Shown piece by piece: positions 9,335-19,592 of a DNA stretch of 64,000 bases. The notes below the pieces were generated by a model that had not been told where the DNA came from, searched no databases, and saw only the letters and a program-made list of their open reading frames with translations. The DNA comes from a virus. The position numbers and the translations under genes were made by a program. Each line of letters opens with the position of its first letter. The first letter of the stretch is position 1. The stretch lies in IMG/VR virus record IMGVR_UViG_3300042287_000907; one strand, 5' to 3'.

Positions 9335-9837
9335 GTTTTATTGACACAGTAAAAGGCGCATTACCAGATTACGCAAAGGACACTAAGTTAAATCTTGATG
9401 CTGTACTAGTACGTAGTACACTAGATGCTGATGTTGCCTTGGGATGTGCTGTAGCTGCATTAGCCGCAACTGGCAACGGAAAGATACTATCAGTAATTTT
9501 AGCAGATGCTCCAGTACATGCCGAGTCAGCAATGACTGCCGCAAGTATTATGGCACAGAACAATGTGTGGTATCCATTCGTTGAAATGGCTGACGATCCT
9601 AGTCTTAAGGGCTTGCCAGCGCAACTGCGTATGAATGCTATTGCTAGCCACGGTGGAACTACCAAGGCAAACTTTGAAGCATTTAGTCTTGCCGCAAGTA
9701 TTGTTGGCAAGTGTCATTTCTGTGTTAAAGCACATTACGAAACATTGAAGCAAGAAGGTTATACTGTAGAGAACCTACGTGATATTGGCCGCATTGCCGC
9801 AGTTATGAATTCAGTAGCCAAAGTATTGAATAGTTAA
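9331..9837 (+). CDS. ahpD: Alkylhydroperoxidase AhpD
   Basis: LPDYAKD.KLNL, MAQNNVWY, KCHFCV.AH; next to ahpC. Confidence 0.92.
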   Translation: MSFIDTVKGALPDYAKDTKLNLDAVLVRSTLDADVALGCAVAALAATGNGKILSVILADAPVHAESAMTAASIMAQNNVWYPFVEMADDPSLKGLPAQLRMNAIASHGGTTKANFEAFSLAASIVGKCHFCVKAHYETLKQEGYTVENLRDIGRIAAVMNSVAKVLNS

Positions 9838-9854
9838 TTTAGTTGCAACAATAG

Positions 9855-9882
9855 ATAAACCCGCTCCGGCGGGTTTATTTTT
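9855..9882 (+). terminator. Intrinsic terminator
   Basis: ATAAACCCGC-TCCG-GCGGGTTTAT followed by a T run. Confidence 0.85.
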
Positions 9883-9985
9883 GGTAATATTTCTAAATTA
9901 TTGTGTCGAAGTTGTGCGTACACGCACATGTTCTGTTTGATAGTTCACGTATAATTGTAGGATCATATCATTAAAAGGAAAACGT

Positions 9986-10882
9986 ATGACAACAACAATC
10001 ACAATTAAAGACAAACCAATTAACGCAACCTATCAAAATGTTACAGGCCTAACAGGCGGTTCAGGAGACGGTGCCACATTTGATGTTACAAAAACCAACG
10101 GAACATATTCTGTTGTTCTTGACTCATTAGTAGCCAGCGCAGGCACAGGTTATGTTGCAGGCGATACAATTACCCTTGCCGGTACGGCACTAGGCGGAAC
10201 AACAGCTAACAATCTAATAGTCACTGTTGCCACAGTTGGCGCCGCTGGTAAAGTTGCTACCTTTGGTGTAGTAGGTACAGGCCGTGTTGGCGATGGAACA
10301 GTAGACGTTCAAGTTGATGTTACTGGTACTACCGGAATTGATACCTACACATTCGGAGGCGCAAGCTCAGAATTCACAGTTGCTAAAGCTGCCGATGAGA
10401 TCACAGCCACTAGCACACTAGCTACTAATGTTTCATATACACTAGCAGACCATGAACGTGTAGTGTTTACGGATAAAGCTATTGCGTTTGATGCCGCAGG
10501 TCGTGCTGGCGATGTCTATGCTTTGTTAGCAGCCGCATTAGGTACCACTGATGTTACCAAAGCCTATACAGGTGTCGGTATCCATCTTGCTGACGCAGGT
10601 TGGGCAAACAAACAATTAGCCGAAGCATTGTTAGCTACAGATGTTTATAAAACAGACGCAGGTGGTGTTAGTAATGAAACATTTATCAAACACGTTTACA
10701 AAAATGTCTTTGGTACTGATGCTACATTGCTACAGGTCGCCGAATACACCAATTGGATGACTGCTAGTAATCTAACTCAAGCTGATGTTTTAGTTGCCGC
10801 TAGCGAGCTGACAGCATTTGAAACTACAATTGGATTGGTAGGGTTAGCAACAACTGGTATTGAGTATACTCCTGTAATCTAA
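9986..10882 (+). CDS. Thr/Gly-rich surface or virion protein with a DUF4214-like C-terminus
   Basis: GTGYVAGDTITL repeat-like motif; SNETFIKHVYKNVFG...ADVL...SE. Confidence 0.6.
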   Translation: MTTTITIKDKPINATYQNVTGLTGGSGDGATFDVTKTNGTYSVVLDSLVASAGTGYVAGDTITLAGTALGGTTANNLIVTVATVGAAGKVATFGVVGTGRVGDGTVDVQVDVTGTTGIDTYTFGGASSEFTVAKAADEITATSTLATNVSYTLADHERVVFTDKAIAFDAAGRAGDVYALLAAALGTTDVTKAYTGVGIHLADAGWANKQLAEALLATDVYKTDAGGVSNETFIKHVYKNVFGTDATLLQVAEYTNWMTASNLTQADVLVAASELTAFETTIGLVGLATTGIEYTPVI

Positions 10883-10889
10883 TTTGAAC

Positions 10890-10918
10890 TTGACAACTTC
10901 CAAACCTTCTGTTATACT
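10890..10918 (+). promoter_or_regulatory. Sigma70-type promoter
   Basis: TTGACA-17-TATACT. Confidence 0.8.
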
Positions 10919-10951
10919 AGTTGTATAGTTTAACAAGTTTGGAGGTTTCTT

Positions 10952-11347
10952 TTGAGTATGCACTTAGAAGGTCCGTGGCTTTCAACCACAGGCAAGCGTA
11001 AAGGCAAGAAGAAATTCGCCTCGGCTGAACATGCTAGAAAGGCTAGAGAATTGGACGAATCGTGGAAAGAACTACAGAAGCGTTGGGCCGTCGAGGCTGA
11101 AGATAAAAAACGTAGATCTGGATTGGCTGCGGCTCCCCTTAAGGGATCTTACAGCCTTACCATTCCCGAAGGTAGAAACACTACTGCACACATTAAAAGT
11201 GTCGACACTGGCGGTAACGCCCTGTTGAAGCCCAGTCCTGTTTATACCGGAACCAAAGTTAAAGGAATCGCTACAATGCACAAGAGCAATGCTGTGCCTG
11301 TGTTTTCAGATGAAGAAGCACAAGATATCTCCAAAATGCGTCGATAA
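10952..11347 (+). CDS. Conserved hypothetical phage protein
   Basis: C-terminal YTG..GIATMHKSNAVPVF motif seen in T4-like phage proteins. Confidence 0.65.
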   Translation: MSMHLEGPWLSTTGKRKGKKKFASAEHARKARELDESWKELQKRWAVEAEDKKRRSGLAAAPLKGSYSLTIPEGRNTTAHIKSVDTGGNALLKPSPVYTGTKVKGIATMHKSNAVPVFSDEEAQDISKMRR

Positions 11348-11389
11348 TCACCAGTATAAGACTATGAATCCAAAATATCGACTATATAT

Positions 11390-11638
11390 TAAACGTTTCG
11401 CAAAGAAACTGAGATAGTAGAACCAAAGTATGTCAAAAGCTGAAACGGTTCCGCGGGTCTTGGCCAATGAGAAACCCGTATTTTCGGGATGCCAAGGGTC
11501 GCCAAAGGCACACAATGTTATGAGCTTGTGCGTCCAATGGAGACAACTACACGAAAGTAGGGTTCTTTCAGAGCCTCGTGAAGTTAACTCCCTTAATGTA
11601 TTGTGCAAAACATCGCACACTAAATGAAAGGAGGACTT
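11390..11638 (+). ncRNA. Candidate structured 5' leader RNA of the cell-wall hydrolase gene
   Basis: About 250 nt with serial hairpins; the last one pairs CTCC with the GGAG Shine-Dalgarno. Confidence 0.45.
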
Positions 11639-12193
11639 ATGGAAAAGTCAATTCGTATTATATCCTACATCGTAGGATTTATTCTAGTAGTCGTGCTGGT
11701 TCAAACTTTAACCGCTACTAAATTTTTAGGTCTCAAAGAGAAAAATGGATATTATAGTCAAGATGTGATATCTATCAAAACTCGAGAGCAACAGTTAGAT
11801 TGTTTAGCCATTAACATTTATCGCGAAGCAGGTTATGAGCCGTTCGAAGGTAAGGTAGCAGTGGCTCAGGTCACACTGAACCGTGTACAAGCCGGCGTAT
11901 TTGGTAAGGATGTCTGCGGAGTTGTGTACCAAAAAAATGTTGTTATGGAAAAAGTTGTATGCCAGTTCTCATGGTACTGCGACTCTACACATAAAAATCG
12001 TCCCATAAACAAGGAAGCCTACAATGAAAGCTATGAAGTCGCTAAGAAAGTTCTTTTGGAAGGATTTAGATTGTCTGTTCTCAAAGATGCTTTGTATTAT
12101 CATGCCACCTACGTTAACCCAAGATGGAATTTACCAAAAATTGGACAAATAGGTCAACACGTTTTTTATCGAGCAAAGGAATCTAAAATATGA
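11639..12193 (+). CDS. Cell-wall hydrolase (SleB/Hydrolase_2 family)
   Basis: CLA.NIY.EA..E...GKVAVAQVTLNRV, CQFSW, YYHATYV.P.W, IG.H.FY; start after GGAGGA. Confidence 0.9.
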   Translation: MEKSIRIISYIVGFILVVVLVQTLTATKFLGLKEKNGYYSQDVISIKTREQQLDCLAINIYREAGYEPFEGKVAVAQVTLNRVQAGVFGKDVCGVVYQKNVVMEKVVCQFSWYCDSTHKNRPINKEAYNESYEVAKKVLLEGFRLSVLKDALYYHATYVNPRWNLPKIGQIGQHVFYRAKESKI

Positions 12194-12492
12194 TGACAAA
12201 TATCAATCAACTGAAAGAATTTATCCAAACTAAAATTTCTGTGATTTCGGCAGAAACATTTGGATGGTTAGCAGTAATAGTATTGCATGCATCAACAATA
12301 CCCAGTCTACTGGCAGTGATGGCAGGACTAACAGACAGATTACCGGGTGTAGATTTGGTGCTGTTGGTTTGGACAGGATTAACCTTGTTGTTTGTCAAAG
12401 CCACTATCCAGAAAGACATGTTAAACATCGTCACAATTGGGTTTGGATTCATTATTCAAGCAGTGTTAATGGCATTGATCTTCTTCAAGTAA
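12190..12492 (+). CDS. Membrane protein (3 predicted TM helices), possible holin
   Basis: Hydrophobic segments; coupled to the hydrolase gene. Confidence 0.55.
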   Translation: MMTNINQLKEFIQTKISVISAETFGWLAVIVLHASTIPSLLAVMAGLTDRLPGVDLVLLVWTGLTLLFVKATIQKDMLNIVTIGFGFIIQAVLMALIFFK

Positions 12493-12572
12493 TTTGGTAA
12501 ACACCGTGGTTGACTTTGATCGGCCACGGTGCTATACTTGTACTGTATTAATTCACACACAGAAAGGTTTTT

Positions 12573-13052
12573 ATGAAAAAGGCACTAGCAGTTGGTTTGA
12601 TGGCAGCAGCCATTTCTGGTTGTTCGTCAATGAAGAGTATTGACGATCGTAAAACTTATGCACAGCCAGACTGGTATCAAGAATGCCAGCAAGCAGGTGT
12701 TAAGGGTTGGTTTTGGTGGAAGAAAGAGTTTGCCTACGCCTGTGGTGGGGGCGAAAGCATTCATGCACAGGCCGCAGAAGAACAGATGTATGCTATTGCA
12801 ATGAATAATTTTGCAAAACGCATCAATTCAGAAGTCAACAGCGAAACCAAGATTGATTTTGTCAATGATAAGAAGAACACAAAAACTTCTATCTCGTATG
12901 TGGTCAAGAGCACTACTATTCGCGAACATTTGAAAACTGAGACTGCACATTTTACCATGCAAGGTCGTCACTATACCTTTGTGCGTCTTGAAATGCCAAA
13001 GCCTGTGTTCGATCAGTTGATCGCTGAAGCTAAACAAGCCAAGGCACAGTGA
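12573..13052 (+). CDS. Putative lipoprotein (LPP20-like)
   Basis: Lipobox ISGC; P.WY motif. Confidence 0.65.
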   Translation: MKKALAVGLMAAAISGCSSMKSIDDRKTYAQPDWYQECQQAGVKGWFWWKKEFAYACGGGESIHAQAAEEQMYAIAMNNFAKRINSEVNSETKIDFVNDKKNTKTSISYVVKSTTIREHLKTETAHFTMQGRHYTFVRLEMPKPVFDQLIAEAKQAKAQ

Positions 13053-13375
13053 TGAAAATTCTAGCTCTAACGATCCTTGCGGTATCGTTGGTTGGCTGTA
13101 GTTCTTCACCAAAGGTTTCAGCCAACAAGCCGCAGTACTGCTATACCAATCAAACCATTGTTACAGAAAATGGTGAGAGAGTTAACAGCCGTACCACTGT
13201 GGAATGCTCAGACGATCAAGTCAAGCGACTCACAGTGGCCAGAGTTGGAATAGGTTCTAACTGTGGATACTTTAATGGATGGATGAAGAAAGGTGGAACC
13301 GATGTTCAATACCGTGCGCTCAGTTGCCAGCTGCCTGATGGTAGTTGGGAAATTGTTGATACTCACGGCCAGTAG
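13049..13375 (+). CDS. Putative lipoprotein
   Basis: Lipobox LVGC; C-terminal CQLPDGSW. Confidence 0.65.
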   Translation: MMKILALTILAVSLVGCSSSPKVSANKPQYCYTNQTIVTENGERVNSRTTVECSDDQVKRLTVARVGIGSNCGYFNGWMKKGGTDVQYRALSCQLPDGSWEIVDTHGQ

Positions 13376-13730
13376 TTCGGTACTGGCCAATGATCTAGAG
13401 AATCCCAGATTCTTTAACTACAGTTCTGCCGCTTGGTCTAATAGATTGGCAGACCTTACTTTTGGTTGGTTCAAGACTCTGGATGATGAACAAAAGACCG
13501 CTTATAATCAGGCCATACATCATGCAGTGATGTACGCAGACAATGGTGAAGTAGTGCGTTGGTACAAGAAAGATGCCAGCGGTATGGCTATGACATCTGC
13601 TACATGGCCCAGCGGTGCAGGCTACTGTCGTAGATTGCACGTACAGGCCATTGCCTACAATGTAGAAAAAACCATGAGAGCTACTGCGTGTTTTAACGAC
13701 GTAGATAATCGGTGGACGTGGTCCAACTAA
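13338..13730 (+). CDS. Secreted protein, 17-kDa surface-antigen-like
   Basis: GE...W, YCRR, TAC....RW pattern; start uncertain. Confidence 0.55.
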   Translation: MVVGKLLILTASSSVLANDLENPRFFNYSSAAWSNRLADLTFGWFKTLDDEQKTAYNQAIHHAVMYADNGEVVRWYKKDASGMAMTSATWPSGAGYCRRLHVQAIAYNVEKTMRATACFNDVDNRWTWSN

Positions 13731-13740
13731 ATATTAGTTC

Positions 13741-15225
13741 ATGAGAATTCATACAAGCGACAAATTCATTGCCTGGTCGGCCTTACTCAGCGGATTAACT
13801 GTATCCGCAGTGGCTATTTGGTATAGTGTGGCAGGACTAATGGCCATATTCTCGGCGGCAGTTATTCCTATTATCGTGATGGGTGTGGCCCTAGAAATCA
13901 GCAAACTGGCTGGCACCGTGTGGCTCAAACAAAACTGGTTTCGAGCACCATATTTTATTCGAGCCTATCTGTTAGCTGCCATTGCCATTCTGATGTTGAT
14001 CACTAGCATGGGCATCTTTGGGTTCCTATCAAAAGCACACAGTGATCAAAGTCTAGTATCAGGTGATGTACAGAGCAGGATCGCGATCTACGATGAAAAA
14101 ATTCGAACAGCCAAGGATAATATAGATGCGAACCGTAAGGCGCTTAAACAGATGGATGAGGCTGTGGACCAAGTCATGGGCCGAAGCCAAGATGAAAAGG
14201 GTGCTGACAAAGCAGTGGCAATTCGGAGAGGACAACAAAAAGAACGTACTCGTCTCCAATCTGAGATCACTGCCGAACAGAAAATTATTAGTCAATTATC
14301 TGAAGAAAGGGCGCCTATTGCCGCTGAGGTACGTAAAGTTGAAGCAGAAGTAGGTCCAATCAAATATATCGCTAATTTCATCTACGGCGATAATCCAGAT
14401 GCCAACGTATTAGAAAAAGCAGTTACCTGGGTGATCATTATCATTGTCGTGGTGTTTGATCCACTGGCTGTTATTTTGTTATTGGCTAGCCAATATTCAT
14501 TCCAGTGGTTCCGCAAACAGGAAGAAATCACGGAGGGTGACAGCCCTATAAGCAGTGTGTCCGTTGATACACCTACTGTCACAACTGAAGAGACAGAAAG
14601 AATAGATCCCCCACATCTAATGGCTAGTCCATATTGGCCGTTCCCAGTCAAAGCTGGGTCTGACCAAATGGATCTGTTTGAAAACACAAAATATCAAGAC
14701 AAGGCACAAGAAGCTCCTCATGATATCGCGGTGAAAGATGATGATGCTGGTATGGAATCTAGGCTGGAAGAATGGAACACCCTGATTGCCGAAGCTGAAA
14801 AAGCTGTGAATCAAGAACGTGAACTTGAAGATCAAGAATTATTAGAATCTGCTCCTCAGAATGAAAAGCAGGCCATGACTGCCTGGAAACATGATCATCC
14901 TGACATGAGTCTTAAATTACAAAGACGCCTTCTAGAAAAAGGAGTAATTGATCACCTGCCGTGGGAGGACTATCTCAAACCTCGGGCAGATTTTCAAGAC
15001 GCGGTCTCAGAGGCCAAGAAATGGGCAGAAGAAAATCCAGATATCGAAGAATCGGCCAAGGCCAAAGAATGGGCTGAAGAAAAGGCTGATCCAGATACGT
15101 CTGTAAGCTGGATGGAACACGACGAACAAGGCAATCAGATAAAAAAAATCAAAGAAACCTACACACAAAACGCTGAACAGAATGAGCGCACTCTTTGGCA
15201 GAGAATACAAGAAATTAAAAAATGA
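13741..15225 (+). CDS. Membrane-anchored coiled-coil phage protein
   Basis: N-terminal TM helices (SVAGL, TSMGIFGFLSKAH), coiled coil, EVGPIKY, FDPLA, acidic tail. Confidence 0.7.
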   Translation: MRIHTSDKFIAWSALLSGLTVSAVAIWYSVAGLMAIFSAAVIPIIVMGVALEISKLAGTVWLKQNWFRAPYFIRAYLLAAIAILMLITSMGIFGFLSKAHSDQSLVSGDVQSRIAIYDEKIRTAKDNIDANRKALKQMDEAVDQVMGRSQDEKGADKAVAIRRGQQKERTRLQSEITAEQKIISQLSEERAPIAAEVRKVEAEVGPIKYIANFIYGDNPDANVLEKAVTWVIIIIVVVFDPLAVILLLASQYSFQWFRKQEEITEGDSPISSVSVDTPTVTTEETERIDPPHLMASPYWPFPVKAGSDQMDLFENTKYQDKAQEAPHDIAVKDDDAGMESRLEEWNTLIAEAEKAVNQERELEDQELLESAPQNEKQAMTAWKHDHPDMSLKLQRRLLEKGVIDHLPWEDYLKPRADFQDAVSEAKKWAEENPDIEESAKAKEWAEEKADPDTSVSWMEHDEQGNQIKKIKETYTQNAEQNERTLWQRIQEIKK

Positions 15226-15611
15226 CAGATAAGATACTGGTAGTAACTGCTCCAGATGACATACTGCAGAGTGGTATCAGAATTGCACACATTAATCTCT
15301 CTCAGCCACAATCTCAGATAATTTCACAGGCATTAATGCAGAGCACACTGCCACATATCATAATCAACTACGTGTGGAATCAGGGAGATTCTAAACTGTG
15401 GTTGTTTGATAAGATTACAAAGACAGATTTAATACTGTTTAATGCTGAGTGTGATATAGAATCCTCAATGTTAATTGGTTGGCTAAGTGCTGATCCGAGA
15501 TCGTATTATTTTGGCGATCTTCGTGATTTAAACATCGTTAATGATCGTGTGCTATATAATAGTGATGACATTTCAAAACTACTGGAGAAGACTTCGAAAC
15601 CACATGGCTAA
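15222..15611 (+). CDS. Hypothetical protein
   Basis: ORF coupled to its neighbours. Confidence 0.6.
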   Translation: MTDKILVVTAPDDILQSGIRIAHINLSQPQSQIISQALMQSTLPHIIINYVWNQGDSKLWLFDKITKTDLILFNAECDIESSMLIGWLSADPRSYYFGDLRDLNIVNDRVLYNSDDISKLLEKTSKPHG

Positions 15612-15843
15612 AATCTACAATACACTCAAAGGCAACAGTGTTACTGTCAAAGAAAATGAGAACATAAATCAAGCTCTGCGTAGATTCAAAAAGAAAGTAG
15701 ATGAATCTGGCATGCTGGATACACTACGCACGAAAGAATTTTACGAAAAACCAACCACTGAACGCAAACGCAAAAAAGGTGCTGCCAAAGCACGTTGGCG
15801 TAAAAAACTCCGCGATCAACAATTACCACCAAAACTTTATTAA
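15604..15843 (+). CDS. rpsU: Ribosomal protein bS21
   Basis: V.V...E.I..ALRRFKKKV...G.....R..EFYEKPT..RKRK. Confidence 0.92.
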   Translation: MAKIYNTLKGNSVTVKENENINQALRRFKKKVDESGMLDTLRTKEFYEKPTTERKRKKGAAKARWRKKLRDQQLPPKLY

Positions 15844-15846
15844 TCA

Positions 15847-15875
15847 TTGACCTAGAGTCAGAAAGGTAGTATAAT
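15847..15875 (+). promoter_or_regulatory. Sigma70-type promoter, probably giving a leaderless mRNA
   Basis: TTGACC-17-TATAAT; ATG 6 nt after the -10 box. Confidence 0.75.
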
Positions 15876-15881
15876 AACTGT

Positions 15882-16463
15882 ATGAACACAGATATTATGA
15901 TCGATTTAGAGACGCTTGACGTACTCCCCTCAGCAACTATTTTATCAATCGGAGCAGTTAAATTTGATCCCTTTGGTGATGAAATTAATGAATCTTCTGC
16001 TATTAAATTCTACACCCGTGTAGACATTGACAGTTGCGATAGTATAGGAGCAACAGTTAGTCAAAGCACACTGGATTGGTGGGCCAATCAAAGCAAAGAA
16101 GCACAAGAAGAAGCGTTTAATCCTGATGATAGGATTAACGTACATATTGCTCTTGACCAACTATATAAATTCTGTTGGGGAGCCAAGCGTGTATGGAGTC
16201 ACGGTGCTGGCTTTGACGTTACTATTCTAGAATGGTATTTCCGTAAAATTGGTAAAGCTATTCCTTGGCAGTTCTGGGAAGTTCGAGATACTCGCACAAT
16301 CTTTGATGTAGGTATCAATCCCAATCGTCCTCCTGTGCTAAAACATCATGCACTGGAAGATGCATGGAATCAGGCAGTGGGTGTACAAAATGTCTATAAA
16401 GCTCTGCGTACCAGTACAATGAGCAACGGTAATTATATTGCACCATTTGCAAATCAAAGGTAA
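15882..16463 (+). CDS. DEDD 3'-5' exonuclease (Rv2179c/exodeoxyribonuclease VIII-like)
   Basis: MIDLETL, WSHGAGFD, RDTRT, HHALEDA. Confidence 0.85.
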   Translation: MNTDIMIDLETLDVLPSATILSIGAVKFDPFGDEINESSAIKFYTRVDIDSCDSIGATVSQSTLDWWANQSKEAQEEAFNPDDRINVHIALDQLYKFCWGAKRVWSHGAGFDVTILEWYFRKIGKAIPWQFWEVRDTRTIFDVGINPNRPPVLKHHALEDAWNQAVGVQNVYKALRTSTMSNGNYIAPFANQR

Positions 16464-16466
16464 TAT

Positions 16467-16751
16467 ATGGACAGTCAGACAAAAGAAGTAATGGACATTC
16501 TACAAGAAGAATGTGCAGAAGTAATTCAAGCAGTAAGCAAAATCAGCCGCTTCGGTTTGGATAATTTCAAGCCAGGTAAACCTAAAACTAACAGGCAACA
16601 CTTGGAAGAAGAGCTGGGCGATATGCTAGCTATGATTGATATCTTGCAGAGCATGGATATTGTTAGTTACACTAACATAGAGCAAGCACAGGCAGCAAAA
16701 ATTGAAAAATTGAAAAAATGGTCAAATATTCAGAATCTAGAGAATATCTGA
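16467..16751 (+). CDS. MazG-like NTP pyrophosphohydrolase
   Basis: EECAEVIQA.SK..RFG, LEEELGD. Confidence 0.8.
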   Translation: MDSQTKEVMDILQEECAEVIQAVSKISRFGLDNFKPGKPKTNRQHLEEELGDMLAMIDILQSMDIVSYTNIEQAQAAKIEKLKKWSNIQNLENI

Positions 16752-16836
16752 TATAAATAAAATTGCAAACTGCACCGTCAAGGGCGATTTGTAGAGCATA
16801 GTGCTCAAATAGATCTTACTTTAAAGGAGATAGAAC

Positions 16837-18741
16837 ATGTCTAAGATCATCGGTATTGACCTCGGCACCACCAACTCATGCGTGGCTGTTATCGAGAATG
16901 GAAAATCCAAAGTTATTGAAAATTCAGAAGGTGCAAGAACTACACCCTCAATCGTGGCCTACACACAAGATGAAATCATCGTTGGCGCTTCAGCCAAGCG
17001 TCAGGCAGTAACAAATCCCAAAAACACAATCTATGCCAGCAAGCGATTGATTGGTCGCAAGTTCAAAGAACAGGCAGTGCAAAAAGATCTCGATCTAATG
17101 CCCTACGAGATCTATGAAAATTCTAATGGTGATGCGTGGGTTAGAGCACAGGGTAAAGAATTAGCACCACCGCAGATTTCAGCAGAAGTTCTGCGCAAAA
17201 TGAAACAGACCGCGGAGGATTATCTTGGTACAACAGTTACACAAGCAGTTATTACAGTGCCTGCGTACTTTAACGACAGCCAAAGACAAGCTACTAAGGA
17301 TGCTGGACAGATCGCAGGCTTGGAGGTACTCCGTATTATTAACGAGCCTACTGCGGCAGCTCTTGCTTATGGTGTTGATAAAGCTGATAAGAAAGATAGG
17401 AAAATTGCTGTTTACGACCTTGGTGGCGGTACATTCGATGTTTCGATCATCGAGATAGCCAACGTTGACGGCGACAAGCAGATCGAAGTACTAAGCACCA
17501 ACGGTGACACATTCTTGGGTGGTGAAGACTTTGACCAACGCATCATGGATTTCTTGGTAGATGAGTTCAAGAAAGATCAAGGAGTGGATCTCAGCAAAGA
17601 CATGTTGGCTCTGCAACGTTTGAAAGATGCTGCTGAAAAAGCCAAGATTGAATTATCAAGCTCAGCTCAGACAGACGTCAATCTTCCGTATGTCACAGCA
17701 GATGCCAGCGGTCCAAAACATCTGGCGATAAAATTAAGTCGTAGCAAACTAGAACAACTAGTTGCCGAACTGATTACACGCTCATTAGAGCCATGCCGTA
17801 TTGCTCTCAAAGATGCAGGCGTAAGTGCCTCAGATATCGACGAGGTTATCCTTGTTGGTGGTCAAACACGCATGCCTAAGGTGCAAGAAGAAGTTGAAAA
17901 ACTGTTTGGTAAAGCACCACGTAAAGATGTCAACCCAGACGAAGCCGTTGCAGTTGGTGCTGCTATTCAAGGTGCTGTGCTAGGTGGCGATCGTAATGAC
18001 GTGCTGTTGTTAGACGTCACTCCACTCTCCTTGGGCATTGAAACCATGGGTGGCGTGATGTCAAAGATCATTCAAAAGAATACAACTATCCCAACCAAGG
18101 GACAGCAGACATTCTCCACAGCAGAAGACAATCAACCCGCAGTAGATATCAAAGTATTCCAAGGGGAACGTGAGCTTGTGCAATATAACAAGCTATTGGG
18201 CGAATTCAAACTTGACGGCATTGCACCTGCACGTAGAGGACAGCCACAGGTTGAAGTTACCTTTGACATTGATGCCAACGGTATCATGCATATCTCTGCC
18301 AAAGACAAAGCCACAGGCAAAGAAAACAAGATCACTATTAAATCTAACAGCGGACTAACAGAAGCTGAAATTCAAGACATGATCAAAGATGCCGAATTAA
18401 ATGCAGAAGCAGATAAAAAAGCACGTGAATTGATTGATGCAAGAAATTCAGCAGAGGCGCAGGTACATGAAGTTAAAAAAGATCTTGAAGAATTCCGTGC
18501 AGAGCTCACAGAAGCAGAAATCACAGAAATTGAAACAGTGATCACTGCAGTTGAAACAGCAGCCAAAGGCGATGACACTGAAAAGATCACCGAAGAGCTT
18601 AATAAAGTTTTCCCGGCAATGAAAACATTGCTGGAAAAAAAGCAGGCTAAAGATCAGGCAACAGCACAAGCTGAAGCAGGACCTATGCCCGACCAAGATG
18701 ATGTAGTTGATGCTACCTTCACAGAGAAGAAAGCAGACTAA
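16837..18741 (+). CDS. dnaK: Chaperone DnaK (Hsp70)
   Basis: [32 protein letters not shown]. Confidence 0.98.
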   Translation: MSKIIGIDLGTTNSCVAVIENGKSKVIENSEGARTTPSIVAYTQDEIIVGASAKRQAVTNPKNTIYASKRLIGRKFKEQAVQKDLDLMPYEIYENSNGDAWVRAQGKELAPPQISAEVLRKMKQTAEDYLGTTVTQAVITVPAYFNDSQRQATKDAGQIAGLEVLRIINEPTAAALAYGVDKADKKDRKIAVYDLGGGTFDVSIIEIANVDGDKQIEVLSTNGDTFLGGEDFDQRIMDFLVDEFKKDQGVDLSKDMLALQRLKDAAEKAKIELSSSAQTDVNLPYVTADASGPKHLAIKLSRSKLEQLVAELITRSLEPCRIALKDAGVSASDIDEVILVGGQTRMPKVQEEVEKLFGKAPRKDVNPDEAVAVGAAIQGAVLGGDRNDVLLLDVTPLSLGIETMGGVMSKIIQKNTTIPTKGQQTFSTAEDNQPAVDIKVFQGERELVQYNKLLGEFKLDGIAPARRGQPQVEVTFDIDANGIMHISAKDKATGKENKITIKSNSGLTEAEIQDMIKDAELNAEADKKARELIDARNSAEAQVHEVKKDLEEFRAELTEAEITEIETVITAVETAAKGDDTEKITEELNKVFPAMKTLLEKKQAKDQATAQAEAGPMPDQDDVVDATFTEKKAD

Positions 18742-18798
18742 TCATAAACAAGGGTACTTTCGAGGCCCTTATTGTTCTTACTTTAAAAGGAGACTACT

Positions 18799-19233
18799 AT
18801 GAACAATCAATTAGCTAGAATAGATGCTCTAAACAGAGCACTTGTGGGATTTGACACGATGTTTGATCAAATGGAACGCAGATTTGCCAACAGTGTATCA
18901 AATAACTATCCTCCACATAATATAATAAAATTAGACGAAAACGAATATGCGATTCAACTAGCTGTGACTGGTTTTGATAAGACCGAGATTTCAGTAACAG
19001 TTGAAAGCAACGTTCTTGTTGTTAAAGGGGAAAGCCAAACAACAGACTATGCAGCAGATCAGTACATGCATCGCGGTCTCGCAACTCGTGATTTTGTCAA
19101 AGAATTTCCTCTGGCAGAACACATCGAGGTGGTAGGTGCGGAAACCAAGAATGGCATGCTAACCGTGAAGTTGATTCGTAACATTCCAGAATCAGCCAAG
19201 CCTAAGGTCATTGACATTGTTGATGTAAAGTAG
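18799..19233 (+). CDS. Small heat-shock protein (Hsp20/IbpA-like)
   Basis: NYPPHNI, AVTGF, Y.HRGLA.R.F, NGML. Confidence 0.92.
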   Translation: MNNQLARIDALNRALVGFDTMFDQMERRFANSVSNNYPPHNIIKLDENEYAIQLAVTGFDKTEISVTVESNVLVVKGESQTTDYAADQYMHRGLATRDFVKEFPLAEHIEVVGAETKNGMLTVKLIRNIPESAKPKVIDIVDVK

Positions 19234-19239
19234 TATACT
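19211..19239 (+). promoter_or_regulatory. Sigma70-type promoter
   Basis: TTGACA-17-TATACT. Confidence 0.7.
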
Positions 19240-19292
19240 ACAAGAGAGGGAAACCTCTCTTGTTAAATACATCAATAAACCCAGGATCGTAA

Positions 19293-19592
19293 ATGTCTAC
19301 AGAAATTGAAGTCAAAGAAAAAACCACAGTTCAGTTAGCTCCCCCGAGGTTGTGGAAGGTGATATTTCTCAATGACGATAAAACTCCTATGGAACTAGTC
19401 ATAGAACTACTCACAGGTATTTTTAAACACACAGAATCCAAAGCCAAAGAAATCACTCTAGAGATACACGAAACCGGTAGTTCTATAGTAGGCATATATC
19501 CTTTTGAGATAGCAGAGCAAAAAGGCATCGAAGCCACAACAATAGCAAGACAGAATGGTTCGCCATTGCGAATCTCAGTGGAGCAGGAATGA
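19293..19592 (+). CDS. clpS: ATP-dependent Clp protease adaptor ClpS
   Basis: PP..WKVIFLNDD.TPME.V, IHETG, EIAEQK, PL. Confidence 0.9.
   Translation: MSTEIEVKEKTTVQLAPPRLWKVIFLNDDKTPMELVIELLTGIFKHTESKAKEITLEIHETGSSIVGIYPFEIAEQKGIEATTIARQNGSPLRISVEQE

Noticed and set aside
11430-11627. 65-aa ORF upstream of the cell-wall hydrolase
   Set aside because: No SD and no recognisable motif; the region is better explained as structured RNA, though coding is not excluded
16837-19592. Interpreting dnaK/hsp20/clpS/rpsU as a bacterial chromosome segment
   Set aside because: No grpE/dnaJ/clpA/dnaG context; the genes are interleaved with phage-type hypotheticals and phage-style promoters
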